From positions 56,321-120,320 of the forward strand of contig JADJNZ010000009.1 of assembly GCA_016714015.1 (NCBI GenBank): a stretch of 64,000 nt of DNA, written 5' to 3'. Under the pieces are notes generated by a model. That model had not been told where the DNA came from. It did no database searches and was given only the letters and a program-made list of their open reading frames with translations. The DNA comes from Gemmatimonadota bacterium. Lineage in GTDB: Bacteria > Gemmatimonadota > Gemmatimonadetes > Gemmatimonadales > Gemmatimonadaceae. Positions 1 to 9,634 of the stretch are shown here, piece by piece. How positions within the stretch are numbered: the first letter of the stretch is position 1; each line of letters begins with the position of its first letter. The translations under genes and the position numbers were made by a program.

Positions 1-925
1 CGTTCCAGCGGCCCGAGGTGGTGCTGCCCGGGTACATGAACCGTCCGAACCGATAGACGATCGTGCCCTGCACGGGCCAGTCGAGCTGCCCGATGTCGGC
101 GGTCGTCAGCGTGCGCGGGGCCGGCGCGGCGTTCGGACGCGACTCGGCGCGCCGACGCGATTCCTCGAGGGCCGCGATCACCCCCGCCAGCCGCTGCTCG
201 TCGCGCTGCACCTGCTTCAACCGGTCCTCGGCCTGCTTCGCCTGCTGCTGGATCTGCGCGAGCGTGCGGCCGCGCTGCAGCTCGAGACGCCGGAGGCGCG
301 CCTCCTCCTCCGCCTTCTGCTTGCGGTTGGTCTCCATGTCCGAGCGGAGGCGCACGAGCAGGAAGCGCTGGGCGCTGATCTGGCCGCTCAACGCCTCCAC
401 GCGCTTCACGAGCGCGCGGTCGCGCTGCGCGACGAGGTGCAGGTACTTGTAGCGCGCGACGAGCGCGCCGAACGACTCGGCGGAGAGCAGCGCCTCGAAG
501 GCGTAGAGCGGTCCGCGCTTGTAGATCTCCTGCACGCGTCGGCGGAGCGTGGCGCGCTTGATGAGCAGCTCGTCCTGCGTGCGCGCGAGGCTCACGTTGA
601 CGTTCTCCACCTCCTCCACCAGCGAGCCGAGCTGCTGGTCGAGGGACCGCACCACGCGTGACGTGGCCTGCGCCTGCCGCTCGATGTTCGCGCGCTCGGC
701 CGAGACGTCGCGCGCGTTGGACTGGAGCCGGCGCATGCGCTGCTCCAGCTCGGTGCGCTCGGCGCGGAGGCGCTCGAGTTCGGCCTGCTCCTGGCGCAGG
801 CGCTCGGCGGCCTGCGCCGCGGACGGCGGGAGTCCGCCGCCCTGTGCCTGCAGTGCGCGGCCGGGCGCGGCCGCGACGAGGAGCGCGACCGCGAGGAGGA
901 GCGCGCGCACCCGCACCCGCATCAC
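1..925 (-). CDS. envC: EnvC-like murein hydrolase activator, N-terminal coiled-coil part (3' end outside window)
   Basis: Open minus frame from GTG/ATG at 925/922: MRVRVRALLLAVALLVAAAPGRALQAQ signal peptide, then long Glu/Arg coiled coil; directly downstream of ftsEX. Confidence 0.75.
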   Translation of the reverse strand, partial: MMRVRVRALLLAVALLVAAAPGRALQAQGGGLPPSAAQAAERLRQEQAELERLRAERTELEQRMRRLQSNARDVSAERANIERQAQATSRVVRSLDQQLGSLVEEVENVNVSLARTQDELLIKRATLRRRVQEIYKRGPLYAFEALLSAESFGALVARYKYLHLVAQRDRALVKRVEALSGQISAQRFLLVRLRSDMETNRKQKAEEEARLRRLELQRGRTLAQIQQQAKQAEDRLKQVQRDEQRLAGVIAALEESRRRAESRPNAAPAPRTLTTADIGQLDWPVQGTIVYRFGRFMYPGSTTSGRWN

Positions 926-926
926 C

Positions 927-1775
927 TCAGACCCGCCGCAGGTGCCGGCCGACGCTCGCGGCGCTGCCGAGCAGCCCGATGAGCGCGCCGCCGATCACGC
1001 CGAGCACCGCGGCGCCGCCATTGAAGTAGGTCGCCTGCACCACGTACTGCCCGACGAACTGGAAGGTCACCCAGGTGAGCGCGAGCGCGAGCACGCCGCC
1101 CAAGAGTCCCTTGAGGAAGCCCTCGATGAGGAACGGCGCCCGGATGAAGCCGTTGGTCGCGCCGACGAGCCGCATGATGCGGATCTCGCGGCTGCGCGCG
1201 AGCACCGCCATGCGGATCGTCGAGCCGATGATGATGATCGCGACGAGCGCGAAGGTGAGGCCGAGCGAGACGCCGACGGCGGTGGCGATGGTGCGCAGGC
1301 GATGCAGCTTCTCGACCCACTCCTCGCCGTACCGGATGTCGTCGATGAAGTCGTAGACCTCGAGGCGCGTGGCGATGGCGCGGACGTGGGTGGGGTCGCG
1401 GAACCCCTCCTTCAACCGCACCTCGATCGACGCCGGCAGGATCCCCGCCTCGAAGACGTCCTCGAACTCGCCGAGCTCGCGGCGCGCGCGGTCGAGGGCC
1501 TGCACCTCGGAGACCATGCGGACGCTCGCGACCTCGGGGAAGGCGCCGATGTCGCCCACCGCCGCGGCGGTCGCCTCGGGGTTGGTCCCCTCGGCGACGA
1601 AGCCGCGGATCTCGACGCGCTCCTCGATGTCGGCGAGGGCCGAGCGCAGGTTGAGCGCGACGAGCCCGAAGAGACCGAACGCGAAGAGGGAGAAGGCGAT
1701 GGTGGTGACGCTGAGCGCGCTGAGCATCGGCGCGCGCTGGAAGGCGCGGAGCGCCTCACGGAGGGCGAGGTTCAT
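927..1775 (-). CDS. ftsX: Cell division ABC transporter permease FtsX
   Basis: 282 aa, 4 TM pattern, MRLVGATNGFIRAPFLIEG motif, follows ftsE. Confidence 0.95.
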   Translation of the reverse strand: MNLALREALRAFQRAPMLSALSVTTIAFSLFAFGLFGLVALNLRSALADIEERVEIRGFVAEGTNPEATAAAVGDIGAFPEVASVRMVSEVQALDRARRELGEFEDVFEAGILPASIEVRLKEGFRDPTHVRAIATRLEVYDFIDDIRYGEEWVEKLHRLRTIATAVGVSLGLTFALVAIIIIGSTIRMAVLARSREIRIMRLVGATNGFIRAPFLIEGFLKGLLGGVLALALTWVTFQFVGQYVVQATYFNGGAAVLGVIGGALIGLLGSAASVGRHLRRV

Positions 1776-2500
1776 GGCGTCGCTCCCGTGGGGTCGGGGA
1801 CCGGCGGGTCGAACTCGTCCGCAGGGACGGGGTGCTCGGCGCCCGTGTCGTACACGAGCTTGCCGCGGTTCATCTCGAGGGTGCGGAAGGCGTGCGCCTT
1901 CACCGTCGCCAGGTCGTGCGTCGCCATGAGCACGGCGGTGCCGGTCGCGTTGATCTCCTTGAGCAGCTGGAAGATCCCGCGCGTCGCGCGGTCGTCGAGG
2001 TTGCCGGTGGGCTCGTCGGCGAGGAGGACGAGCGGGTCGTTCACGAGCGCGCGCGCGATGGCGACGCGCTGCTGCTCGCCGCCGGAGAGTTCGTGCGGGA
2101 GGGCGGTCGCCTTGGCGGCGAGCCCCACCTGCGTGAGCACGCGCGCGACCTTGGGGCCGATGTTCTCCTGCGGCGTGCCGATCACCTCGAGGGCGAACGC
2201 CACGTTCTGCTCGGCCGTGCGGTCCTCGAGGAGCCGGAAGTCCTGGAAGACGACGCCGAGCCGGCGGCGGAGCGCGGGGATCTGCCTGGGGGTCAGCGTC
2301 GCCGAACTCTGGCCGGCGACCTTCACCTCGCCGTGCGAGGGGCGTTCCTCGACGTAGATGAGCTTGAGCACCGTGCTCTTGCCCGCGCCCGAGGGACCGG
2401 TCAGGAAGACGAACTCCCCGCGATTGACGTGGAAGGAGACGTCATCGATCGCGGGGCCGCCCTTCGGGTACTGCTTCGTGACGTGGGAGAAGCGGATCAT
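1772..2500 (-). CDS. ftsE: Cell division ATP-binding protein FtsE
   Basis: Walker A GPSGAGKS, LGVVFQDFRLL, LSGGEQQRVAIARA, LADEPTGNLD. Confidence 0.95.
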   Translation of the reverse strand: MIRFSHVTKQYPKGGPAIDDVSFHVNRGEFVFLTGPSGAGKSTVLKLIYVEERPSHGEVKVAGQSSATLTPRQIPALRRRLGVVFQDFRLLEDRTAEQNVAFALEVIGTPQENIGPKVARVLTQVGLAAKATALPHELSGGEQQRVAIARALVNDPLVLLADEPTGNLDDRATRGIFQLLKEINATGTAVLMATHDLATVKAHAFRTLEMNRGKLVYDTGAEHPVPADEFDPPVPDPTGATP

Positions 2501-2504
2501 CGGG

Positions 2505-3669
2505 TCACTTGAGGGCCTGCTCGAGGTCGGCGATCAGGTCGCCCACGTCCTCGAGCCCGACGCTGAGGCGGAGGAAGCCGTCGGGGATGCCGATGCGGGC
2601 GCGCTCCGCCGACGTCATCTTCGCGTGCGAGGTGTAGCGCGGCTCGCTCACGAGCGTGTCCACGCCGCCGAGGCTCGGCGCGTGGGTGACGAGGCGCAGG
2701 CGGCGCAGGAAGCGCTCCGCCGCCTTGCCGCCGCCCGCCAGTTCGAGCGCGAGCATCCCGCCGAAGCCGTCGAGGATCTCGGCGGCGATCTTGTGGTCCT
2801 CGTGCGTCGCGAGCCCGGGATAGTGCACGCGCTTCACTTCCTTGCGCGCGGAGGCCCACTCGGCGATCGCGCTCGCGCTCGCGTTGGCGCGCTGCACGCG
2901 CACGTCGAGCGTCTTCATGCCGCGCTCGAGGAGCCAGAGCGCGAACGGGTCGGGCGTCTGGCCCCAGAGCATCTCCTTCTGGAGCACTTCCTCGATGTAC
3001 GGCTGCGAGCCCGCGACCACGCCGGCGAGGACGTCATGGTGCCCGTTGAGGTACTTCGTCGCCGAGTGGATCACCACGTCGGCGCCGTGCTCGATGGGGC
3101 GGAAGTTCACCGGGCTGGCGAAGGTCGAGTCGACGACGAGCGCGAGCCCCTCGGCCTTGGTCAGGTACGAGATGGGGCGCAGGTCGATCACGCGGCAGGT
3201 GGGGTTCACCGGCGACTCGACGAAGACGGCGCGCGTCTCCTTGCGGAGGCGCTTGCGGAACGACCGCGGCTCGAAGGGATCGACGAGCGTGACCTCGATC
3301 CCCATCGCCGCGAACTCCTCGAGGAAGAGCCGGTGCGTCCCGCCGTAGATGTACATCGACGACAGCAGGTGGTCGCCGGGGCGGAGCAGGGCCATGAGCG
3401 CGCACGCGGTCGCGCCCATGCCGCTCGACAGCACGAGCGAGGCCTCGGCCCCCTCGAGCATCGCGATGCGCTTCTGCACGCGCTCGGCGTTGGGCGTGTT
3501 GCCGTAGCGCGTGTACTTGAGGCCCGTCGGCGGTGCCGAGGGCCTGCAGGTGGTTCACCGACTGGACGAGCGGCTCGACGACCGGGTCGCCCGGACGATG
3601 CGCCTCGCGCGCGCCGTGGATGGCGAGCGTGGCGAGGGCGGGACCTTTGGTGGGCTTCGCGCGGGACAC
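2505..3669 (-). pseudogene. PLP-dependent transsulfuration enzyme (Cys/Met metabolism family), split by a 1-nt frameshift near 3521-3525
   Basis: N-terminus ATLAIHG..PLVQSV lies in one frame and KYTRYGNTPNAERVQKRI...HSATKYLNGHHD...LRLSVGLED in another; may be a sequencing error. Confidence 0.8.
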
Positions 3670-3677
3670 GGGAGACC

Positions 3678-3983
3678 TCAGGCGAGATTCGTGGTGAGCA
3701 CCGGACGGTGATCGACATCCATCTTGACGAGCCGCACGATCTCGGTGATGGCGACGCCGCCGAGATCGCGGACGACGACGCCACCCTTGGGCAGCGTCTC
3801 ATCGTACACCGCGGGCGCGAGTTCGTGGCGGCGCGGACCGTACACCCAGACGAGTTCGCCGTCGCCGATGAGGCGCATGCGGGCATCGTCCGGCCGGAGG
3901 CGCACCTGCGGTCCGCGGTCGGTGTCGCCCTTGCGGGTGGCGACGTAGCCGACGACCTGCAGCGGGAGGAAGGCGCGGCTCAT
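3678..3983 (-). CDS. Small molybdopterin dinucleotide-binding (double-psi barrel)-like protein
   Basis: 101 aa, VRLRPDDARMRLIGDGELVWVYGPR pattern. Confidence 0.6.
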   Translation of the reverse strand: MSRAFLPLQVVGYVATRKGDTDRGPQVRLRPDDARMRLIGDGELVWVYGPRRHELAPAVYDETLPKGGVVVRDLGGVAITEIVRLVKMDVDHRPVLTTNLA

Positions 3984-4534
3984 CAGGCGACGCGTCCGAG
4001 GGGGCAGAAGCCGTCGGAGTCGCGCCGCAGGAGGCGACGGCGCGCGAGCGAGTCGAGCAGCTGCTGCGCCTCCTCGGGCGAGAGGTCCGCGTCGGCCGGC
4101 AGCGCCGCCGCGCTCGCGCGTCCCGCGTGCATGACGAGCTCCCAGACCCGCCGCTCGCGCTCGGTCACCGCGCCGACGAGGCGCGTGTCGCCGTCGTTGA
4201 ACTGCACGACGAGCGCGAGCCCGTGCGCATGGAGCACCGACTCGATCGCATCGACGTGGCCGTCGTTCACTCCGCGGAAGATCACGTAGCCGTCGCGCGT
4301 GGGATGGTCGCCGCTCAGGGGGAGCATGAGCTTGGCGACGAACTCGTCGGCGCAGGAGCGGTCGAGCACGCCGATGTGCGTGAAGTCGAGGAACGCGACC
4401 GAGCCGTCGGCGAGGCCGGCGAGCTGGCCCTCGATGACCGTGCGCACGGCGGCGCCGGTGCGCCGCGTCACGAGGTCGTGATACGGCATCGACAGCGAGC
4501 TCTCCAGCGCGACCTGCACGTCGATGTGCGTCAT
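3983..4534 (-). CDS. STAS-like (DUF4325-type) domain plus C-terminal winged-helix-like protein
   Basis: ATG at 4534 overlaps upstream stop; LVTRRTGAAVR..LDFTHIGVLDRSCADEFVAKL. Confidence 0.65.
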   Translation of the reverse strand: MTHIDVQVALESSLSMPYHDLVTRRTGAAVRTVIEGQLAGLADGSVAFLDFTHIGVLDRSCADEFVAKLMLPLSGDHPTRDGYVIFRGVNDGHVDAIESVLHAHGLALVVQFNDGDTRLVGAVTERERRVWELVMHAGRASAAALPADADLSPEEAQQLLDSLARRRLLRRDSDGFCPLGRVA

Positions 4535-5424
4535 GGGCGGGTCACCTTCTTGGGGATGATGACCTGCAGCTGCGCGCCGGGGAAGGCGGGGAGCCCGTCG
4601 GAGCGCGCCTCGTCCTCGTCCCAGTCGGGGATGACCGGGGCGATGCGCGACGTGCCGGAGCGGACGGTGAGCTTGCCGTCGAAGCGGTGCACGAAGCCGC
4701 GGATGCCCTTGAGGCCCTGCCCGCGGCCCGGATCCTGGAGGCGGCTCACGCCGTTGATCACCGCGCTCTCGAGCGCGATCCCGTCGTCCCACCGGTCGGC
4801 GAGGGCGCGCGCGCGGCTCGTCTCGAGGGAGCGGCGGAAGCCGATGCCGGCGTCGTTGACCGCGATCTGCACGACGTCGCGGCCCACGCGGCGCTTGGCC
4901 CAGCTGTATCGCTGCACCATCACCCACCCGCCACGCCCGGCGTGCTCGATGATGTTGGAGCAGGCCTCGGAGAGCGTCATCACGAAGCTCATCGTCGCGC
5001 GCGGGTCGAGGTCGAGCTTCTGCACGAGGATCTGCGTCGCCTTCTCCTGGATCCGCGACACGATCGCGTGCACGTCCTCGTTCCGCGCGACCGGCGTCAC
5101 CTCGAGGAGCACGTCCGACTCCCGGCCGGGGCGCGGCCGCGGGAGCGTGCCCCGGATGGTGAAGAGCTCCTCGGCGTACTTGAAGAAGTCGCAGCGGCTC
5201 CAGTAGCTCGAGGTGTCCGCCTCCTCGGGCGGGGCGAGGTCGGGCTTCTCCTCGCGCGACTGCGCGAGGCAGAGGAGGGCGGTGAGCCCGTACGGCGTCG
5301 CGAAGCGGCAGTGGCGCGCGTCGACCAGCACCTTGGCGTCGGCGGGCACGCCCGCGAGCTGCTCGATGACCGACTCGAAGCTCTGCTCATCGAGCGACGA
5401 CGGGAGGGTGATGACGGCGGTCAC
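4531..5424 (-). CDS. STAS-like plus GHKL/HATPase ATP-binding protein (anti-sigma-kinase-like)
   Basis: N box EACSNIIEHA, G1 VNDAGIG, G2 GRGQGLKGI. Confidence 0.8.
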   Translation of the reverse strand: MTAVITLPSSLDEQSFESVIEQLAGVPADAKVLVDARHCRFATPYGLTALLCLAQSREEKPDLAPPEEADTSSYWSRCDFFKYAEELFTIRGTLPRPRPGRESDVLLEVTPVARNEDVHAIVSRIQEKATQILVQKLDLDPRATMSFVMTLSEACSNIIEHAGRGGWVMVQRYSWAKRRVGRDVVQIAVNDAGIGFRRSLETSRARALADRWDDGIALESAVINGVSRLQDPGRGQGLKGIRGFVHRFDGKLTVRSGTSRIAPVIPDWDEDEARSDGLPAFPGAQLQVIIPKKVTRP

Positions 5425-6419
5425 GGCGTGTGCAGTTCCCCGCGAAGGTGGTGGGCGAGGCCGGTCGCGCCCCGGTGCTCGACGTTCCGCGCCGCGGCCT
5501 CCATCGCCCGGCGCAATGCGCCACTCATTATATCACCCGCGAGCAACCGCGAGAAATAGGTCGCACCCCACACATCGCCGCAGCCGGTCGGATCGCCCGG
5601 GCCCTCGACGCGCGCCGCGGCCGCCGGCACCAACGCCGTGCGGAGTGGCCCGGCGCCCGGACGCGGCGGCACGCGCAGGTCGGCGAGCCGGTCGAAGCCG
5701 GGCTCCGCGAAATAGACGACCCCACGCTTGCCCAAGGTAACGAGGAGGTTCCGCACCCCCGCCCCCATCGCGGTCGCCGCGAGCGCCAGGCCGTCGGGCG
5801 CCATCATCGCCAGCTCGTCCTCGTTCACCTGCAGGAGGTCGAAGCAGCCGCACCAGGCCGCGACCTCGGGGAGCGGCCGGTACGTCCGCAACCCGTTCGC
5901 CTCGAGCGCCAGCACCAGCGAGTGCAGGTCGCAGTAGATCGGGCCCTTGAAGTGCTGCCGGATCAGGCGCGCCGTCGCGAGGTCGAGCTCGAACCCGCTG
6001 ATGAGATTGATGTACAGCGCGTCGAGGTCCCGGAGCAGGGGCTGCAACCCGGCCCAGGTCCACGGCGGCACGCCGCCCGAGAGGACCTCGCTGCGCCGCT
6101 CGTCCGAGTGGTAGCGCAGCTCCACGCGGTTGTTCGCCTGCGGCACCTCGATCGGCGCGGCGTCGGGGGCGAGGTGCCGCAGCGTGCGCAGGAAGCGTCG
6201 CGCCTCGACGATCCGGTCCTGCCCGACCTTGGCGAGGGGGACGAGCGACCAGTCATCGCCGAGGGCGGCGTCACAGGCGCTGAGCGCGTAGGTGATCCCG
6301 CCCCACTCCTCGATCGCCGCCTGGCGGACATCGCGGCCGTGGATCACGTCCCAGACGAAACTGCCGATCACGCCGAGGCGCTTCGCGCGCCCCGGCCCGG
6401 CCGCCCCCACGATGCTCAC
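5421..6419 (-). CDS. PfkB-family carbohydrate kinase
   Basis: GTG at 6419 overlapping ROK stop; WGGITYA, QVNEDE, DPTGCGDVWGA signature. Confidence 0.85.
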   Translation of the reverse strand: MSIVGAAGPGRAKRLGVIGSFVWDVIHGRDVRQAAIEEWGGITYALSACDAALGDDWSLVPLAKVGQDRIVEARRFLRTLRHLAPDAAPIEVPQANNRVELRYHSDERRSEVLSGGVPPWTWAGLQPLLRDLDALYINLISGFELDLATARLIRQHFKGPIYCDLHSLVLALEANGLRTYRPLPEVAAWCGCFDLLQVNEDELAMMAPDGLALAATAMGAGVRNLLVTLGKRGVVYFAEPGFDRLADLRVPPRPGAGPLRTALVPAAAARVEGPGDPTGCGDVWGATYFSRLLAGDIMSGALRRAMEAAARNVEHRGATGLAHHLRGELHTP

Positions 6420-7429
6420 GCCAGCCCGTGCGCCTGCACGAAGGTCGCGACGGCCCCGACCACACCCGCGTTGCCATGCAGCGCGCCCGGCACGATCCGG
6501 CACGCTTCCACCGCCGGCGCGAACGCGCGGCGCCGCACCTCGGCGCGCAGCGGCTCGAAGAGCGCCTCGCCCGCCTGCGTCACGCCGCCCGCGATCACGA
6601 CCACTTCGGGATTGAAGATGTTGAGGAAGTTCGCGACGCCGATCCCGAGGAACTTCGCCGTGTCGCGCACGACATGGCCGGCGAGCTCGTCGCCGCGGTG
6701 CGAGGCATCGAACACCGTCGCGGCGGTGATGCGCGAGAGGTCGCCGTCCACGAGCGAGGGCATGATCGAGCTCTCGCCCCCCTGCAGCGCCTCGCGCGCG
6801 CGCTGCGCGATCGCCGGGCCGGAGGCGTACGCCTCGAGGCAACCGTAGTTGCCGCAGCCGCACTTGCGGCCGGTGCTGTCGATGGTGATGTGCCCGAGCT
6901 CGCCCGCGGCATCGCTCGCGCCATGGTAGAGCTTGCCGTTGAGGATGAGCCCGCCGCCGATCCCCGTGCCGATCGTCAGGCCGACGACCTGCTTCGCGCC
7001 CTTCGCGGCCCCGATCCACCACTCGCCGAGTGTGGCGCAGTTGGCGTCGTTGTCGAGCGTCCCCGGCATGCCGAGCGGGCCAGCGACCTTGTCGCGCAGC
7101 GGGAAGTTGGTCCAACCGAGGTTCGGCGTGACGATGACCACGCCACTCTCGCGGTCCAGCGGCCCGGGCGATCCGATGCCGACACCGAGGAAGTCCGCCC
7201 GCGCGCAGCCGGTGGCCGCCATCGTCTCGGCGATCACGCGCTCGCAGAGCTCGACGATCCGCGCGACGACGGCGTCGCCGCCGAGGTCGGCGCGCGTCGG
7301 CACGGTGAGCATCGCGTACTGCGAGGCCCCGTCCGCCGTCATCGCGCCCGCGACGATGTTCGTGCCGCCGAGGTCCACGCCGATGATGTAACGCTGGGCC
7401 GCGTCCGTGCGGCTCGTGATCCCGGTCAC
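6416..7429 (-). CDS. ROK-family sugar kinase (glucokinase-like)
   Basis: IGVDLGGT, LDNDANCA, LTIGTGIGGG, GELGHITI, CGCGNYGCLE; GTG start 7429 with GGAGG. Confidence 0.92.
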   Translation of the reverse strand: MTGITSRTDAAQRYIIGVDLGGTNIVAGAMTADGASQYAMLTVPTRADLGGDAVVARIVELCERVIAETMAATGCARADFLGVGIGSPGPLDRESGVVIVTPNLGWTNFPLRDKVAGPLGMPGTLDNDANCATLGEWWIGAAKGAKQVVGLTIGTGIGGGLILNGKLYHGASDAAGELGHITIDSTGRKCGCGNYGCLEAYASGPAIAQRAREALQGGESSIMPSLVDGDLSRITAATVFDASHRGDELAGHVVRDTAKFLGIGVANFLNIFNPEVVVIAGGVTQAGEALFEPLRAEVRRRAFAPAVEACRIVPGALHGNAGVVGAVATFVQAHGLA

Positions 7430-7526
7430 CACTCCTCCGTTCTCCTGTCGTCCCCGTCGGGCGCTGGCTAGCTTTCGAGCCGAGCCCCCGCGCCATCGCG
7501 CGGCCCAACAAAGGTAACGCCTCTTC

Positions 7527-8363
7527 ATGCGCCTGTCCGTCGTCATCACGACCTACAACCATCCGGAGTGGCTGGAGAAGGTGCTCTGGGGGTTCGAGGC
7601 GCAGACGTTCCGCGGGTTCGAGGTGCTCGTCGCCGACGACGGCTCCGACGACCGCACCCGGACGCTGCTCGAGCGCGTCCGGTCCGAGGTGCGCTACCCG
7701 ATCGTCCACGTCTGGCACCCCAAGGAGGGGTTCCGGAAGTGCACGATCCTCAACGAGGCCATCGCGCGCTCGCAGGGGGAGTACCTGTTCTTCACCGACG
7801 GCGACTGCATCCCGCGGGCCGACGTCCTCGCGGTGCACGCGCGCCTCGCGGCCCCCGGCCGCTTCCTCTCCGGCGGCTACCTCAAGCTCCCCATGGCGAC
7901 CAGCCAGGCGATCACGCGCGACGACATCATGGCCGGCCGCGCGACCGACTACGCCTGGCTCCGCGCGCACGGCACGCCGGCCGACAAGCAGTCGCGGCGC
8001 CTCTACTGGGGCCCGACGGTCTCGCGCGTGCTCGACGCGCTCACCACCACGCGACCGAGCTTCAACGGCCACAACGCGAGCGTCTGGCGTGACGACCTCG
8101 TGCGGGTGAACGGGTTCGATGAGCGCCTCGAGTGGGGCGGACTCGACCGGGAACTCGGCGAACGCCTCGAGAACGCCGGCGTGCGCGGGACGCAGGTGCG
8201 CCATCGCACCATCGTGGTCCACCTCGACCACGGCCGCGGCTACAAGCGCCCCGAGGCGATCGCGAAGAACCGCGCGATCCGCGACGAGGTCGCGGCCGGG
8301 AAGCTCGTGCGCACGCCGGCGGGACTCGATCGCCACCTCGCCGGCGCAGGGACGGGCGCCTGA
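7527..8363 (+). CDS. Glycosyltransferase family 2
   Basis: SVVITTYN, ADDGS, FTDGDC, NGFDE motifs. Confidence 0.92.
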   Translation: MRLSVVITTYNHPEWLEKVLWGFEAQTFRGFEVLVADDGSDDRTRTLLERVRSEVRYPIVHVWHPKEGFRKCTILNEAIARSQGEYLFFTDGDCIPRADVLAVHARLAAPGRFLSGGYLKLPMATSQAITRDDIMAGRATDYAWLRAHGTPADKQSRRLYWGPTVSRVLDALTTTRPSFNGHNASVWRDDLVRVNGFDERLEWGGLDRELGERLENAGVRGTQVRHRTIVVHLDHGRGYKRPEAIAKNRAIRDEVAAGKLVRTPAGLDRHLAGAGTGA

Positions 8364-9634
8364 GGATCCACATCGTCAACTCGGTCGCCCTCAATGTGGG
8401 CGATGCCGCCATCCTGCAGGGCGAGATCCGCGCGCTGCGCACGGTCTTCGGCGCCGACGCCGAGATCGAGGTCTCGGAGCAGACGCCCACCGTCGCGCAG
8501 CGGCTCTATCCCGACATCCGCTTCCATGCGGGGCTGCACGCGCAGCACGCGCACTGGCCCCGCTGGCGCTCGCACGGCGGCGTGGCCTCCCTGCGGAAGC
8601 GGCGCACCTCGCTCGCGGTCCGGTTGCTGTCCACGTCGCCGTTCCTCGCGCGGCTGCTCCTCTCGCGCGAGCAGCGCGCGCACCTCGATCGCCTCGCCGC
8701 CGCCGACGTCGTGGTCGCCACCGGCGGCACCTACTTCGTGGAGCACTACAACTTCACCGCCAAGGCCGACGAGCTCCTCGCGGCGCAGGCACTGGGGCGG
8801 CCGACCTTCCTCTTCACGCAGTCGATGGGCCCGTTCACGCGCCCCAAGAGCCAGCTGACCATGCAGCGCATCGCCGCGGGGAGCCGCGGCGTCTTCCTGC
8901 GCGATGCGAAGTCCAAGGGGCACCTCACCGCGCTCGCCGCCGACGCGACCAAGCTGCACGTGCACGCCGACGCGGCCTTCGCGCTCGCCACGCCCGAGGC
9001 GCCGCGGCCGCCGCGCGCCGCCGGCGCGCCACGCGCGCGCGTCGCGATCTCGGTGCGCCAGTGGTCGCACTTCAAGCAGGGGAGCGGCGACGACGCGGGG
9101 ACGCGGTACCGTCGCGCCGTCGCCGACGCGGCGCGCACGCTCGCGCGCGAGGGCGTCGAGGTGACCTTCCTCTCCACCTGCCAGGGCGTCCCCGAGTACT
9201 GGACCGACGACTCGCGCTTCGCGGCCCAGCTCGTCGCCGAGCTGCTCCCGGGCGAGCCGAACATCCACGTCGACACGTCGTTCCGCACGCCGGAACAGCT
9301 CGCCGAGGCGCTGCGCGGTTTCGATGTGGCGATCGCGACGCGGATGCACTTCGCCATCCTCGCGCTCGCCGTCGCCACGCCGGTGGTCGCGATCGCGTAC
9401 GAGTTCAAGTCGCGCGAGCTGCTCCGCGCGATGGGGCGCGAGGCGTGGGCGTTCGACATCGAGGAGGTGTCGTCGGAGGGGCTCCTGCGCGCGACGCGCG
9501 AAGCGTTGGCCGGCGGCGATGCGCTGCGGGCGGGGATCGCCGCGCAGGTCGTCGGGTATCGCGATGACGCGATCGGTCCGGCGCGCCGGATCCGCGAGGC
9601 GCTCGGCGCCGGCACGCGCGGGGGGCGCAAGTGA
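8360..9634 (+). CDS. Polysaccharide pyruvyl transferase (WcaK-like)
   Basis: NSVALNVGDAAI, QSMGPF, VFLRD, DAAF, ATRMHFAILA; probable CTG start at 8360. Confidence 0.85.
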   Translation: MRIHIVNSVALNVGDAAILQGEIRALRTVFGADAEIEVSEQTPTVAQRLYPDIRFHAGLHAQHAHWPRWRSHGGVASLRKRRTSLAVRLLSTSPFLARLLLSREQRAHLDRLAAADVVVATGGTYFVEHYNFTAKADELLAAQALGRPTFLFTQSMGPFTRPKSQLTMQRIAAGSRGVFLRDAKSKGHLTALAADATKLHVHADAAFALATPEAPRPPRAAGAPRARVAISVRQWSHFKQGSGDDAGTRYRRAVADAARTLAREGVEVTFLSTCQGVPEYWTDDSRFAAQLVAELLPGEPNIHVDTSFRTPEQLAEALRGFDVAIATRMHFAILALAVATPVVAIAYEFKSRELLRAMGREAWAFDIEEVSSEGLLRATREALAGGDALRAGIAAQVVGYRDDAIGPARRIREALGAGTRGGRK

